Shown here piece by piece: positions 1 through 9,834 of a stretch of 64,000 nt of DNA. Each line of letters begins with the position of its first letter. Position 1 is the first letter of the stretch. The translations under genes and the position numbers were made by a program. The DNA is from an uncultured bacterium (GTDB lineage Bacteria; Patescibacteriota; Saccharimonadia; Saccharimonadales; 2-12-FULL-41-12). The notes below the pieces were generated by a model. It was given only the letters and a program-made list of their open reading frames with translations, was not told the DNA's origin and made no database searches. The stretch covers positions 75,929-139,928 of the forward strand of contig CAWIAU010000002.1 of the NCBI GenBank assembly GCA_963834265.1, given 5' to 3'.

Positions 1-269
1 TGAGCCAGAAAGTACTCGACATTAGCAAAGATACAATCGTAACCAATCTCAAGACCACTAAAGAATTACTATTCAAAAAAGGTTTAAATCAGGAAAATGC
101 TAAGAAAATTACCGCTGCTATTCGCGAGCAATATCCCAAAGTAAAACCACAGATTCAAGGTGATGAAGTGCGCGTAAGCAGCGCCAAAAAAGATGAGCTG
201 CAAGCCGTAATGCAGCTGTTAAAGTCTCAGGACTTCGACTTCCCTCTGGATTTCACCAACTTTCGTTAG
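1..269 (+). CDS. yajQ: YajQ-family nucleotide-binding protein, C-terminal part (5' end outside window)
   Basis: The frame is open from the window edge to TAG at 267-269. The translation ...[43 protein letters not shown] matches the YajQ/UPF0234 C-terminus as I recall it. Confidence 0.7.
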   Translation, partial: SQKVLDISKDTIVTNLKTTKELLFKKGLNQENAKKITAAIREQYPKVKPQIQGDEVRVSSAKKDELQAVMQLLKSQDFDFPLDFTNFR

Positions 270-550
270 CGTGAATTCTGGACGTTTTGAATCGTTTCTT
301 TTGTGTTATCAAAAAATGGTCCTATCAGAGGTACCTGATCAAACAACGACAAAATCCATAGCACAATTCCCACCAACAATGTGGCCCCGATTACGCCTCC
401 CGCGCCAAAAACTATTCCGCGCACAAAGTTATGGAGGTAAAGTTTGCGGTGGTTTATATATTCGGATGCGAACAACACTTCCAGCGCCTTTTGCAGGTCC
501 AGTTCGTTCTTTTGTTGATTCTTTTTCGCCATTAGCGCCAATAATACCAC
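266..550 (-). CDS. Small membrane protein (one C-terminal TM helix), unknown function
   Basis: 94-aa ORF with a hydrophobic stretch [19 protein letters not shown]. It lies on the same strand as rmuC, just downstream. An alternative ATG start is at 532 (MAKKNQQ). Confidence 0.5.
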   Translation of the reverse strand: MVLLALMAKKNQQKNELDLQKALEVLFASEYINHRKLYLHNFVRGIVFGAGGVIGATLLVGIVLWILSLFDQVPLIGPFFDNTKETIQNVQNSR

Positions 551-572
551 AAATTTTTTGTTTACCGGCTCT

Positions 573-1628
573 TTAATCTATGAGTTTAGGTTCATTATCT
601 TTGGATTCGATTTGAGAATGGCCGCTGATCTGATCTACTACTTTGGTCAGCTGACGCGAGCGGGTACCTTCTACTTCATGAAAGGTTTTTTGGGCAGTTG
701 ATAGCTGCGTGCCTAACCTTTGCATGCTCTCACCAAACTTGCCATATTCTTCCTGAAACTTTGATACCAGGCCGAATATTTCCTGCAAATGCTTTTCGTA
801 GCCGAAATTCTTGTGTGCCTGCATGACGAGACGCAGAACTGCTGTAAAGCCGAAAGGACCGGCTAATACAACTTTGCGTTGATTGCAGTATTCATTGATT
901 TCGGGCAGTTTTTCGTAGATAAAGCTGAAAATCATTTCATTTGGAATAAACATCACTACAAAATCCAGCGTTTGATCCTGCGGGTTAATGTAATCTTTAG
1001 TCGTAATCGCTTTGACTTTGAGCTTCATTGAGTTACTGAATTTGGATAATGCAACTTTTTTGGCTGCTTCTGTTGTAGCTGCCTGATATTCCATAAGGTC
1101 ATCGAACGGGAATTTTGCATCTATATTTAGTTTGGCTCCATCTGGTAAAAGTATCGTAAAGTCCGGCCGCCCTTCAGCTGTAGCTGACTGTTTGGTAAAG
1201 TTAACTTTTTCAACAAAACCTGATGCCAACAGCAAATCCTCAGCTACCTGCTCACCCCACTCGCCACGCAGACGGTTGTTCGAAAGCAGATTTTTCAGAC
1301 TATCGGTCGAAGCTTGTAGGCCTTCGGTGATTTTAGCAGTGTTCATTAGTTGTTCGCGGATCGCGGCATTTTGTTTGCTTAGATCACCCACTTCTTTCCG
1401 GCTGCCTTCCAGTTGTTTCTCCAGACCTTTGGTTATCTCAGCTAACAATTTTTGGTTATGCTCCAAGATATCTTTAACGCCTGACTCAATCTCCTGTTTG
1501 CTATCTTTGCGTTTGGCCTCGCTGGTATTAGTCAGCTGCAACACAAACTTCTGCCCGAAAAAATATAACGCAATAACTATAGTAACGGCTGAAATAACTG
1601 CTCCGATAACAATGCCCACAATTTCCAT
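573..1628 (-). CDS. rmuC: DNA recombination protein RmuC
   Basis: 351 aa with an N-terminal TM helix, a long coiled-coil and a C-terminal nuclease-like core (RPDFTILLPDGAKLNIDAKFP ... FVVMFIPNE), which is typical of RmuC. Confidence 0.85.
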   Translation of the reverse strand: MEIVGIVIGAVISAVTIVIALYFFGQKFVLQLTNTSEAKRKDSKQEIESGVKDILEHNQKLLAEITKGLEKQLEGSRKEVGDLSKQNAAIREQLMNTAKITEGLQASTDSLKNLLSNNRLRGEWGEQVAEDLLLASGFVEKVNFTKQSATAEGRPDFTILLPDGAKLNIDAKFPFDDLMEYQAATTEAAKKVALSKFSNSMKLKVKAITTKDYINPQDQTLDFVVMFIPNEMIFSFIYEKLPEINEYCNQRKVVLAGPFGFTAVLRLVMQAHKNFGYEKHLQEIFGLVSKFQEEYGKFGESMQRLGTQLSTAQKTFHEVEGTRSRQLTKVVDQISGHSQIESKDNEPKLID

Positions 1629-1633
1629 AAGAG

Positions 1634-2392
1634 TTATTGTACACTAAAAACGGCGAGCAGAGGGGCATGGTCAGATGGGTGCATATCAAGGACCCGGAAG
1701 TGTTTCAGATTAAGCCTGCTGCTTGTTTTATAAAAAATATTATCGTAGTTTGCGCGAACTATTAGTCTTTTTTGCCCATTCCAACGCCAGGTTGGGTTCA
1801 AAAATGTTCCGGTTTTTCTCTGGAAACCTGTTAATCGGTCAAGACCTGATAACAACCATTTGAACTCATTGAAATCTCCTCCGATAATTACGTTCCGTTC
1901 GTGCACACTCTTTATAAGCCTATGGTATTTTTCCCGTTGCCTTAGATGTCTGCGCCAGTTACCCGGCCTGAGTACCACGAAGTGATTAACAAATACACTT
2001 ATTGGTGTACCGCCTACGTCGATGTTCGCTTCGACTAGTTGCAGTCGAAAGTCATGCCAATCCCGCTTGAGCCAATATGTATCATTTCCTAGTGGGTGTT
2101 CCGAGATTCTTTGCACTTTTTTTCTGCTGGCAAAGACACTGCCGATTTCCACCCCGGCTGAAATCGCACCGAATGAAGCGAAATGGATATGATAACCGGA
2201 TTTTTTTAATAGTTCGAGGAGCGGTGAAGTTTTGGTTTGTCGGTTGATAATCACTTCATTTAGCCCAAAAACATCAGGATTATACTCTGTAATAAGCTGC
2301 TCCAGCTTTTTACAAATCTTGGTTCCATCGCCGCGACTATCGTCCTGCATTTCGAACCAGGTATTCCAGAATATTGCTGTAAATATAGTCAT
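1634..2392 (-). CDS. Endonuclease/exonuclease/phosphatase (EEP) family protein
   Basis: Shows EEP motifs: FGLNEV near the N-terminus, GGDFNEF, and a C-terminal SDHAPL. Confidence 0.7.
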   Translation of the reverse strand: MTIFTAIFWNTWFEMQDDSRGDGTKICKKLEQLITEYNPDVFGLNEVIINRQTKTSPLLELLKKSGYHIHFASFGAISAGVEIGSVFASRKKVQRISEHPLGNDTYWLKRDWHDFRLQLVEANIDVGGTPISVFVNHFVVLRPGNWRRHLRQREKYHRLIKSVHERNVIIGGDFNEFKWLLSGLDRLTGFQRKTGTFLNPTWRWNGQKRLIVRANYDNIFYKTSSRLNLKHFRVLDMHPSDHAPLLAVFSVQ

Positions 2393-2404
2393 TACAATAA
2401 ATTA

Positions 2405-3295
2405 TCACTTTTTCGGTATATAGAATGGACAGGAAATAGGTGTTGTTGAGCAATACTGATGTGTTTCCCCCAGGCAGCACGGACTAATCTCATCTGTTTG
2501 ATTTGCTCGCTGTTGGCTACTTTTTGCTGTACTTGAATCCAGATAATAGTGGGCAAAATGAATTGTTAACCCCACAAATATCACTCCTAAAATCAATAGG
2601 TATGGTTTAACATTTAGTAATTTTTTATCAGACGATGTTTCGTGGACGGTGGGAATAATATCGCTCATTGCGATATACAGCAGGAAGCCGGCGCTTATGC
2701 CAAGCAACCACCCGATCGGTAATTTGTCATCAGAACCGAGGGCAAAGGTAAAAACTGCCATCAATGTAGTAGCCAGTGAACTAATAACGTTCCAGAATAG
2801 TACACGTCCGCGGCTCATCCCTTTGGCCATGAGCAAACCAAAATCTCCAATCTCCTGTGGTATCTCATGAGCAGCAACGGCGATAGTAGTTACAATTCCG
2901 GTAGGCACGCTGACCAGGAATGCCGCGGCAATGGCTATCCCATCGAGTGCATTATGTGCCAGATCACCGGCCAGAACCAGACTAATTGTCGGATCTTTAG
3001 TTTTATCCTCGTGTTCGTGATGATGATGAAACCAGTGCAAAAAACGTTCGGCAAAAAAGAATATGACAATACCTATGAGCGTAGCCATGAATACTATATC
3101 TGCGCTGCTCTCTTCGACGCCGTCTTTTAACAGATCTAAAAATACAGCAGCGAGAAGACTACCGGCTGCAAAAGGCATAGCATAATCGGCTAAAACTTCG
3201 GCAAAACGCTGACGGCTAAGCAAAATCAAACCGCCGAGCAGCGAGAACAAGCCACCGATGAGTGAAAACAAGATAACTGTAGGATAATCCGCCAT
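2405..3295 (-). CDS. ZIP-family divalent metal (zinc) transporter with His-rich loop and Cys-rich C-terminal tail
   Basis: Multi-TM protein with a HWFHHHHEHED loop and the HEIPQEIGDFG ZIP signature. The C-terminal tail is ...SPCCLGETHQYCSTTPISC. Confidence 0.8.
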   Translation of the reverse strand: MADYPTVILFSLIGGLFSLLGGLILLSRQRFAEVLADYAMPFAAGSLLAAVFLDLLKDGVEESSADIVFMATLIGIVIFFFAERFLHWFHHHHEHEDKTKDPTISLVLAGDLAHNALDGIAIAAAFLVSVPTGIVTTIAVAAHEIPQEIGDFGLLMAKGMSRGRVLFWNVISSLATTLMAVFTFALGSDDKLPIGWLLGISAGFLLYIAMSDIIPTVHETSSDKKLLNVKPYLLILGVIFVGLTIHFAHYYLDSSTAKSSQQRANQTDEISPCCLGETHQYCSTTPISCPFYIPKK

Positions 3296-3325
3296 ACCAT
3301 CAACCGTACCTGGCTTTCACACGAA

Positions 3326-3342
3326 TTGCAAATTATTCGCAA
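3326..3342. promoter_or_regulatory. Candidate Fur-family (Zur-like) operator, 8-1-8 inverted repeat TTGCAAAT-T-ATTCGCAA
   Basis: Imperfect palindrome (7 of 8 positions symmetric) in the 77-bp divergent intergenic region between the ZIP transporter and the Fur-family regulator. A related aattgcaat copy overlaps the regulator's start at 3363-3373. Confidence 0.35.
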
Positions 3343-3372
3343 ATTGTATGAAAAAGATGCTAAAATTGCAAT

Positions 3373-3798
3373 ATGGATGTAAAGGATAATGCAGAAATTA
3401 AGGAATTCAAAAAGTTGCTCAAAAAGCATCGGCAATATGTTACAAAAGCACGATTACGCTTGTTTATACTTTTGCAAAAACACTCTGCCCTGACAATCAA
3501 CGAACTTATCAGCTTACTGGATAAGCATGATCAGGCTACTATTTATCGTAATGTCAAAGTCTTCGAAAAATTGGGCGTAATCTCCAGATTGCAACTCGGA
3601 TGGCACTCGAAGCTGGAAATGAGCGATATGTTCCGGCATCACCATCATCACCTGACCTGTATCCGATGTAATCGTGTAATCATACTAAGAGAAGACCCGG
3701 TCATCGAACGGCAGATAGCTCAATTGTCCCGAGCCAAAAATTTCCGGCCTGTTGATCATCAGCTCGAAATCAGCGGTATTTGCGCTAAATGCCGATAA
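3373..3798 (+). CDS. Fur-family transcriptional regulator (probably zinc-responsive)
   Basis: 141 aa with an N-terminal winged helix (TKARLRLFILLQKH), an HHHHH..C..C motif and a C-terminal CAKC. It is divergent from the ZIP transporter. Confidence 0.8.
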   Translation: MDVKDNAEIKEFKKLLKKHRQYVTKARLRLFILLQKHSALTINELISLLDKHDQATIYRNVKVFEKLGVISRLQLGWHSKLEMSDMFRHHHHHLTCIRCNRVIILREDPVIERQIAQLSRAKNFRPVDHQLEISGICAKCR

Positions 3799-3805
3799 AT
3801 ATCGC

Positions 3806-4777
3806 TTAGCTTAATTTCGTACTCAGCGCGTATAATGCGCGCCTGCTATGACTCACCGTGATGGTTGTGTTTTCGGGTATGGTAGTAGCTTCCCCGTCGA
3901 ACTGTGCCCAGGCTCGCTCCCGGACAATAAAACGGACGGAAGTATGTTTAATTTCTCCGAGTTTTTTGCCACGCAGCAACCTCAGAATATAAGAAACTGT
4001 CGGAGCATTGTCAGAACGAACTGTGTAATAAAATGCTTTGTCGGTAAGTCGCACTGGTAGACGATCAATTTTTGCCATTCTGGAACCGTTGGAAAAAAGC
4101 TGTTCAAAAATTATGACCCTTTCCCCGTCTTGTTCCATATCAAAGCCGGGAGCAGCAAGCATAGCGCGTACGACACGTCCGAATTCATTCAGAATACCTC
4201 TGGCGATAGATTTACCGAAGATTCGCTTATCTGCTGCCGGTTTGGTCAGCTGATCCGCAGTATAGGCAGACGCACCAAAACTGGCATAGCACACGGCATA
4301 ACGAACAGTGTCTCCGGATGATTCTGTCGATTTGATGCTGAGAGGATGTATAGGGATAATCTGAGCCCGGGCAAACAAATTTTTTAACTTAACGCGGTAT
4401 GGCAACCCGTTCAGCATGCAAGACAGATCATTGGCATTGCCGCCCCAAAGTGGAAGAAGAATGATTTTGTGTAGATTAACACCCGGCATAATTGTCAACA
4501 GGGCATTTGCTACGAGATGTACCGTACCATCCCCTCCTCCTATACATAGCAATGTGCTCTTGTGAGCAGTATTCAGATTCTTTTGCAACATGCGTCTAAA
4601 ATGATTCAGATCAGGTACAGTTTCTATAATTTCCATCGGAATATCCGGAAATAACTTTGTTAGCTCCTTAGCACGGGTTTCTATGCGTTGGATATTGCTG
4701 CTCTGGGGATTAATAATAAGAATAATATGCGAGAAGCCGTGAATAGGTCCTGACCGTAATGTATGTAATAATCTCAC
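3806..4777 (-). CDS. Diacylglycerol/lipid kinase family protein (YegS/DagK-like)
   Basis: The CIGGGDGTVHLVANAL glycine-rich motif and overall length fit the DAGK catalytic-domain family. Confidence 0.75.
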   Translation of the reverse strand: MRLLHTLRSGPIHGFSHIILIINPQSSNIQRIETRAKELTKLFPDIPMEIIETVPDLNHFRRMLQKNLNTAHKSTLLCIGGGDGTVHLVANALLTIMPGVNLHKIILLPLWGGNANDLSCMLNGLPYRVKLKNLFARAQIIPIHPLSIKSTESSGDTVRYAVCYASFGASAYTADQLTKPAADKRIFGKSIARGILNEFGRVVRAMLAAPGFDMEQDGERVIIFEQLFSNGSRMAKIDRLPVRLTDKAFYYTVRSDNAPTVSYILRLLRGKKLGEIKHTSVRFIVRERAWAQFDGEATTIPENTTITVSHSRRALYALSTKLS

Positions 4778-4991
4778 TCCTTAAAGATAACGTATAACCC
4801 ACCCCAAAAAAAGTTCGGGCTGAAAAATGTGCTGTTTTGGCTGCAAAATTTGAACCACTTGTCAGCGTAACTTTGGTTATGCGTTCTCACGCTTCAACTT
4901 TTTCGCACAATATCTCTGTTTTTCACATCCAAAATTATTTCAGGTTGGTTTACGTCTTTCTTTTCTCTTTATAGTTATAGTCTTATATAGT

Positions 4992-5621
4992 ATGGGTATG
5001 GATTTTGTTGAACCGGTGCGGGCGTATGTACGCAAAGTTATCAGGTATCTTGCCGTCGGGCTCAACAAACTATTTCGAGGCAGGCTCAGTCCTGATATGG
5101 TCACAACGACTAGCTGGATAATGCATATTCCGATTGGAATATTAATTGGTTATGGCAAACTAGAGCTGGCGGCTGTTCTGTTGATTATTTTTGGATTGTT
5201 TGACGTGTTGGATGGCGAGCTTGCACGGCTGCAAAAAACGGCGAGTGAACGTGGCATGTTGTACGACGCCTCTACGGATCGAGTCAAAGAAGTTATTTTA
5301 TATAGCGGCGTCGCCTTTTGGCTGTCTGCGACAGAATATTCCTCGTGGACTTTTCTGGCGGTAATTGCCTGCGGTGCATCCATCACGGTTAGTTATGTTA
5401 AAGCTAAGGGTGAAGCAGCAATTGCAGTCAAAAATAAAAGTATCGGTCATCATGAGCTAAACCGAATGTTCAAAGAAGGAGTTGTAAGCTTTGAAGCCAG
5501 AATTTTTATTTTGATCCTAGGGCTTATATTCAACCAACTGCTTGTGACAACAGCTTTGATCGCCGTTTTATCAAGCTACACCGTATTTGAACGTCTTGTG
5601 ATTATAGGAAGGAAGTTATAG
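4992..5621 (+). CDS. CDP-alcohol phosphatidyltransferase family protein
   Basis: Contains the full signature D-x2-DG-x2-AR-x8-G-x3-D-x3-D (FDVLDGELARLQKTASERGMLYDASTD) and multiple TM helices. Confidence 0.8.
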   Translation: MGMDFVEPVRAYVRKVIRYLAVGLNKLFRGRLSPDMVTTTSWIMHIPIGILIGYGKLELAAVLLIIFGLFDVLDGELARLQKTASERGMLYDASTDRVKEVILYSGVAFWLSATEYSSWTFLAVIACGASITVSYVKAKGEAAIAVKNKSIGHHELNRMFKEGVVSFEARIFILILGLIFNQLLVTTALIAVLSSYTVFERLVIIGRKL

Positions 5622-5630
5622 GTATTTTGG

Positions 5631-6287
5631 ATGCATAAAGTTGATCTGCATACTCATTCATTTGTATCACCGGACGGGTCATTAACGGCAGATGACTATA
5701 AGCACATGCTTTTAACAGAAAAACTTAATTTTATTGCCGTAACTGATCATAATGAAGTTTCATTTGCCCTGAAATTGCATGCTGAAATCGGTGACCGGAT
5801 TATCGTTGGTGAAGAAATTATGACAAGCGAGGGAGAAATTATAGGATTATTCCTGCAGGAACGAATTGAACCTTATCTTAGTCCCGAAGAGACTATAGCT
5901 AAAATCAAAGTTCAGAATGGCTTGGTTTATATTCCCCATCCCTTTGAATCATCGCGGCGTAGCGGTGTCTCAGAAGCAACGCTTAGCCGGATAGTTAAAG
6001 ATGTGGATATCCTGGAAATCTATAATGGTCGGGCATATATTCAGGATAAATCGAAGCAGGCCCGGCTTTGGGCTGATGAACATTTCAAGCCCGGTGCAGC
6101 CAGCAGTGATGCCCACGGGCGCTTGGGCTGGGGCAAAACCTACAGTAGTATTCTGGCTCCGGCCACGAGGCAAAGCCTGGTTCATCTGATAAGTTCTGCC
6201 GAATTATCAGAACGCCGGGTAGGATTACGCGGAGCTATGTATCCGGCCATAAACAGAACGAGAAAACACCCTGGACCCCTTTCCTGA
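5631..6287 (+). CDS. PHP-domain metal-dependent phosphoesterase
   Basis: Shows an N-terminal DLHTHS motif, internal VTDHN and IPHP motifs, and SSDAH near the C-terminus. The stop overlaps the next start at 6287. Confidence 0.75.
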   Translation: MHKVDLHTHSFVSPDGSLTADDYKHMLLTEKLNFIAVTDHNEVSFALKLHAEIGDRIIVGEEIMTSEGEIIGLFLQERIEPYLSPEETIAKIKVQNGLVYIPHPFESSRRSGVSEATLSRIVKDVDILEIYNGRAYIQDKSKQARLWADEHFKPGAASSDAHGRLGWGKTYSSILAPATRQSLVHLISSAELSERRVGLRGAMYPAINRTRKHPGPLS

Positions 6288-6838
6288 TGCATGATATTTT
6301 ATACGCCCTATGGCTTTTTTTGCCAGCAGGCGCAGCCAACGTCACACCAATTCTCGTAACCCGAATGCCGTATCTGGAAAAATGGACTTCCCCTATAGAT
6401 TTTGGTTGTAAGTTCAGAGGCCATCGTCTCTTCGGGCCTAATAAAACATGGCGGGGACTTATTACCGGTACTTTTATAGCCATTCTGACTTTTATACTTC
6501 AGCACAAAATCGCACCTGAACTCGGTAATTTTTCAAATTATTTAATGTCTGTGGGATACATGGAACTTCCTGTTGTACTTGGATTTTTGCTGGGGTTCGG
6601 AGCTCTTGCCGGTGATGCACTAGAAAGTTTTTTTAAGCGACAGCGTGGTATAAGACCCGGTGGCAGCTGGCCGGCCTTTGATCAGATGGACTATATAATT
6701 GGTAGCAGTCTGTTTGCTGCGGTGATCATAATATTGCCCCTGCATATATATGTATGGGTATTTATAATCTGGTTTGTGATGCATCTGATGTTCAGCTATA
6801 TCGGCTACCGGACAGGTCTGAAGAAAACAGCGATTTAA
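6287..6838 (+). CDS. CDP-archaeol synthase (CarS/DUF46) family CTP-transferase homolog
   Basis: The blocks WLFLPAGAANVTP ... SPIDFG ... GPNKTWRG ... FGALAGDALESFFKRQRG ... FDQMDY align along the whole length with archaeal CarS as I remember it. Confidence 0.8.
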   Translation: MHDILYALWLFLPAGAANVTPILVTRMPYLEKWTSPIDFGCKFRGHRLFGPNKTWRGLITGTFIAILTFILQHKIAPELGNFSNYLMSVGYMELPVVLGFLLGFGALAGDALESFFKRQRGIRPGGSWPAFDQMDYIIGSSLFAAVIIILPLHIYVWVFIIWFVMHLMFSYIGYRTGLKKTAI

Positions 6839-6953
6839 TAAACGACGGAAAACATGAGACCCCGGAATTAACCGAGGTCTATGGAAGCCTCACACTTCCG
6901 GTTATTACTGTATGCGCTTATGGCAAAAATGGCAATAGATGCAAATCGAATGG

Positions 6954-8771
6954 TTACTTACGTTTGCGCTTATTCGGATCAAGTTCTTTTTTACGAAGTC
7001 TCAGACTTTTAGGTGTGACCTCCAGCAGTTCATCATTTTCGATGAAGTCGATACATTGCTCCAGACTGAAGATGGTCGGAGGAGTCAGCTGCACTACACC
7101 GTCACTGCTACTACTGCGCATATTGGTAAGCTGTTTACCGCGACAGGCGTTGATCTCCATATCTTCGCTTCGGGTGTTAAGTCCGATTATCTGCCCCGGA
7201 TACACCTTTACCCCGGCGCCAATAAAACAGGTTCCCCGTGCTTCAACATTCTGCAGGGCATAGGCAGTTGTGGCGCCTGCTTCATAAGAAATAAGCACTC
7301 CGTTTCTAAGCTGTTGCAACGGCGAACCCATGGGTTGGTATCCGACCATAAGACTATGCATAATGATCGTACCTTTGGTATTGGTCAGCAATATGCCTTT
7401 CGCGCCCAGTAGCGCACGTGTAGGCAGCTCATAAATAAGTTTGGTAACGCCCTTGGGACTTGCAAACTGCTCTTTAAGAGTCGCCCGACGCGAACCAAAC
7501 TCCTGCTGAATTGTACCGACGTGCTCAGCGGGAACTTCTATAATTAATTCTTCTACCGGTTCTTCGGTTTTGCCATCTTTCTCCCGGGTTACTACCTGAG
7601 GTCGGCCAACTTCAAATTCGAAACCTTCACGGCGCATTGTTTCGATCAGTACGCTTAGGTGCAACTCGCCCCGGCCTGCCACCAGAAAGCCGATTCCTTC
7701 TTCTTCTACTTGCAGGCCAACATTTATTTCCAGTTCTTTTTTCAGACGATCACCAATTTGTCTGCTGGTTGTAAATTCGCCTTCAGTCCCCTTTAGCGGA
7801 CTGGTATTAGGTCCAAGATAAATCTTCAGGGTTGGTGCTTCAACTTCCAGTACCGGCAGCGCTTCCGGTTTATCAGCGTCGGCAATTGTTTCGCCAATCT
7901 GAGCATCGGCAAGACCGGTAAGCTGGACTATATCACCGGCCACACCCTCAGCAACTTCATACCTGCTAACGCCGTGACTCATAAAGACCAGATCTATCTT
8001 ACCTTTGACGATGCTGCCATCTTTTTTGCACAATGACACGTTGCTGCCGGCTTTTATCCCCCCGCGGGTTATACGGCCTATAGCATATTTGCCCTTGAAA
8101 CTATCCCACGACAAAGCTGTAACAAGCATCTGAAAGGGTTTATTCAGTTCGACTACCGGCGCTGGTACATGCTGCGCAATTGCTTCAAAGATCGGCTCAA
8201 GATCAGCTTTGCCACCCGGATTTGTCGGTTTTTTTTGCCATGCTTTTCCTTCGCGTCCTATTGCATAGTACACAGGATAATGCAGTTGATCTTCATGCAC
8301 TGCCAATTCAAGGAACAAGTCCGCGAGCTCATTTTCGACTTCGCTTAAACGACTGCCCGATTTATCAATTTTATTTATAATTACAATTGGCTTGAGCTCA
8401 GCAGCCAGGGCTTTGCCAAGTACAAACTTGGTCTGAGGCATTGGCCCTTCCTGCGCATCAACAATCAGTAAACAGCCGTCGGCCATATTAAGCGTACGCT
8501 CAACTTCTCCGCTGAAGTCAGCATGTCCGGGCGTATCGATAATGTTAATACGGTAATCGCCGTGCTGAACAGCTGTTACTTTGGCAGTGATCGTAATACC
8601 CCGCTCCTTTTCCTGATCGCCGCTGTCCATGATCAGGTCCTGACTCATTTCGGCTTGGTTTTCACGAAAGGTCTGACTTTGTTTGAGCAGGCCGTCAACA
8701 AGAGTTGTTTTGCCATGGTCAACGTGAGCTATTACAGCAATATTGCGAATTTTTTGCGGATCCTGAGTCAT
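6954..8771 (-). CDS. typA: Translational GTPase TypA/BipA
   Basis: 605 aa with G1 [14 protein letters not shown] and NKID motifs, and the TypA-specific C-terminal domain. Confidence 0.95.
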   Translation of the reverse strand: MTQDPQKIRNIAVIAHVDHGKTTLVDGLLKQSQTFRENQAEMSQDLIMDSGDQEKERGITITAKVTAVQHGDYRINIIDTPGHADFSGEVERTLNMADGCLLIVDAQEGPMPQTKFVLGKALAAELKPIVIINKIDKSGSRLSEVENELADLFLELAVHEDQLHYPVYYAIGREGKAWQKKPTNPGGKADLEPIFEAIAQHVPAPVVELNKPFQMLVTALSWDSFKGKYAIGRITRGGIKAGSNVSLCKKDGSIVKGKIDLVFMSHGVSRYEVAEGVAGDIVQLTGLADAQIGETIADADKPEALPVLEVEAPTLKIYLGPNTSPLKGTEGEFTTSRQIGDRLKKELEINVGLQVEEEGIGFLVAGRGELHLSVLIETMRREGFEFEVGRPQVVTREKDGKTEEPVEELIIEVPAEHVGTIQQEFGSRRATLKEQFASPKGVTKLIYELPTRALLGAKGILLTNTKGTIIMHSLMVGYQPMGSPLQQLRNGVLISYEAGATTAYALQNVEARGTCFIGAGVKVYPGQIIGLNTRSEDMEINACRGKQLTNMRSSSSDGVVQLTPPTIFSLEQCIDFIENDELLEVTPKSLRLRKKELDPNKRKRK

Positions 8772-8851
8772 AGAAATAGTATTGCCCTTTAATGTGTATC
8801 GCTTAAGTTTTACAAAGTTTACATTTTATTATATCACAAAACGGCTTGTGT

Positions 8852-9790
8852 TTACAGCCACCGGCGATATCGGAAAAACCGTATTGCTGCATACACAATT
8901 GCGCTAATAACGATGGCAACAATCCAAAAGCCGTATTCACTGTTCCGGAATGGTATTCCGTCTACATTCATGCCGAAAAGTCCGCTGATAACTGTAGCTA
9001 CCGACAGGAAAATAGCTATTGAAGTCAACCGCTTGAAAGTCCGGTTCAGGTTGGTAGTAGCAATAGCATCATAGGCCTGACGAATATTGATAACGGTACG
9101 AACGCGGGATTTAGCCAACTCCACTAATTCGTTGGTGCTGAGCAAAATATCTTCTACCAGATCTTTATCGTCTTCGTAAAGCTTCATATACTTGCCGCTT
9201 TCCAGAGCAGTCACAACCAGGCTTTGAGGCTGTAATGCAGACAAGAATTCGTTTAGATCCTCTTCCATCTCTATGAATTTGACCAATTCCACACTGCTTA
9301 TTTCTGCACGCCGTAAGCGGGCACGGAATTGCAATACCTGTTTGGAGACGAGGTTTAACTGCAAGCGGTAGGATCTGTTGATTTGCTCGAGCATATGCAG
9401 AAATGTCTTGGTTTTCTGCGTTGTCAAAATAGGGACACGACCATTGATAATCTGATCCAGCACGCTGCCGTTATAACGCATAATAGTAATGATGTTGCTT
9501 GAGGTATAGATAATCAGCATAGGTTCAGTAGCAATTTCCTGACCTTCAGGATGACAGTATCGGGCAAAGACATAGGTAGAGCCGGCGTCAACCTCGACAC
9601 GCGGTACTTCATATATATCTGTGGCATCTGTCAGAATATCCCGATCGAGATTAAATGTCTTAGCCAGATAGTCCAGTTCTTCTTCTTTAGGCTCTACAAC
9701 ATGGCACCAACTACCCGGTTTGGGCTCGTCTATAACACTGAGCTCGCGAGCACGAGCCGCCGAATGATAATTCGTAATCATGGACTCCAT
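8852..9790 (-). CDS. corA: CorA-family magnesium/cobalt transporter
   Basis: 312 aa with two C-terminal TM helices carrying the GMN motif (LFGMNVDGIPF). Confidence 0.85.
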   Translation of the reverse strand: MESMITNYHSAARARELSVIDEPKPGSWCHVVEPKEEELDYLAKTFNLDRDILTDATDIYEVPRVEVDAGSTYVFARYCHPEGQEIATEPMLIIYTSSNIITIMRYNGSVLDQIINGRVPILTTQKTKTFLHMLEQINRSYRLQLNLVSKQVLQFRARLRRAEISSVELVKFIEMEEDLNEFLSALQPQSLVVTALESGKYMKLYEDDKDLVEDILLSTNELVELAKSRVRTVINIRQAYDAIATTNLNRTFKRLTSIAIFLSVATVISGLFGMNVDGIPFRNSEYGFWIVAIVISAIVYAAIRFFRYRRWL

Positions 9791-9834
9791 TGTACATGCA
9801 GTAAGACAAAACCTATAACTATAAAAAGGTTATT

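Noticed and set aside
1132-1647. 171-aa plus-strand ORF overlapping rmuC, and similar ORFs antisense to typA (6754-7412), rarA (9819-10466) and ndh (50970-51461)
   Set aside because: They are antisense shadows of strongly supported conserved genes and have no independent signals.
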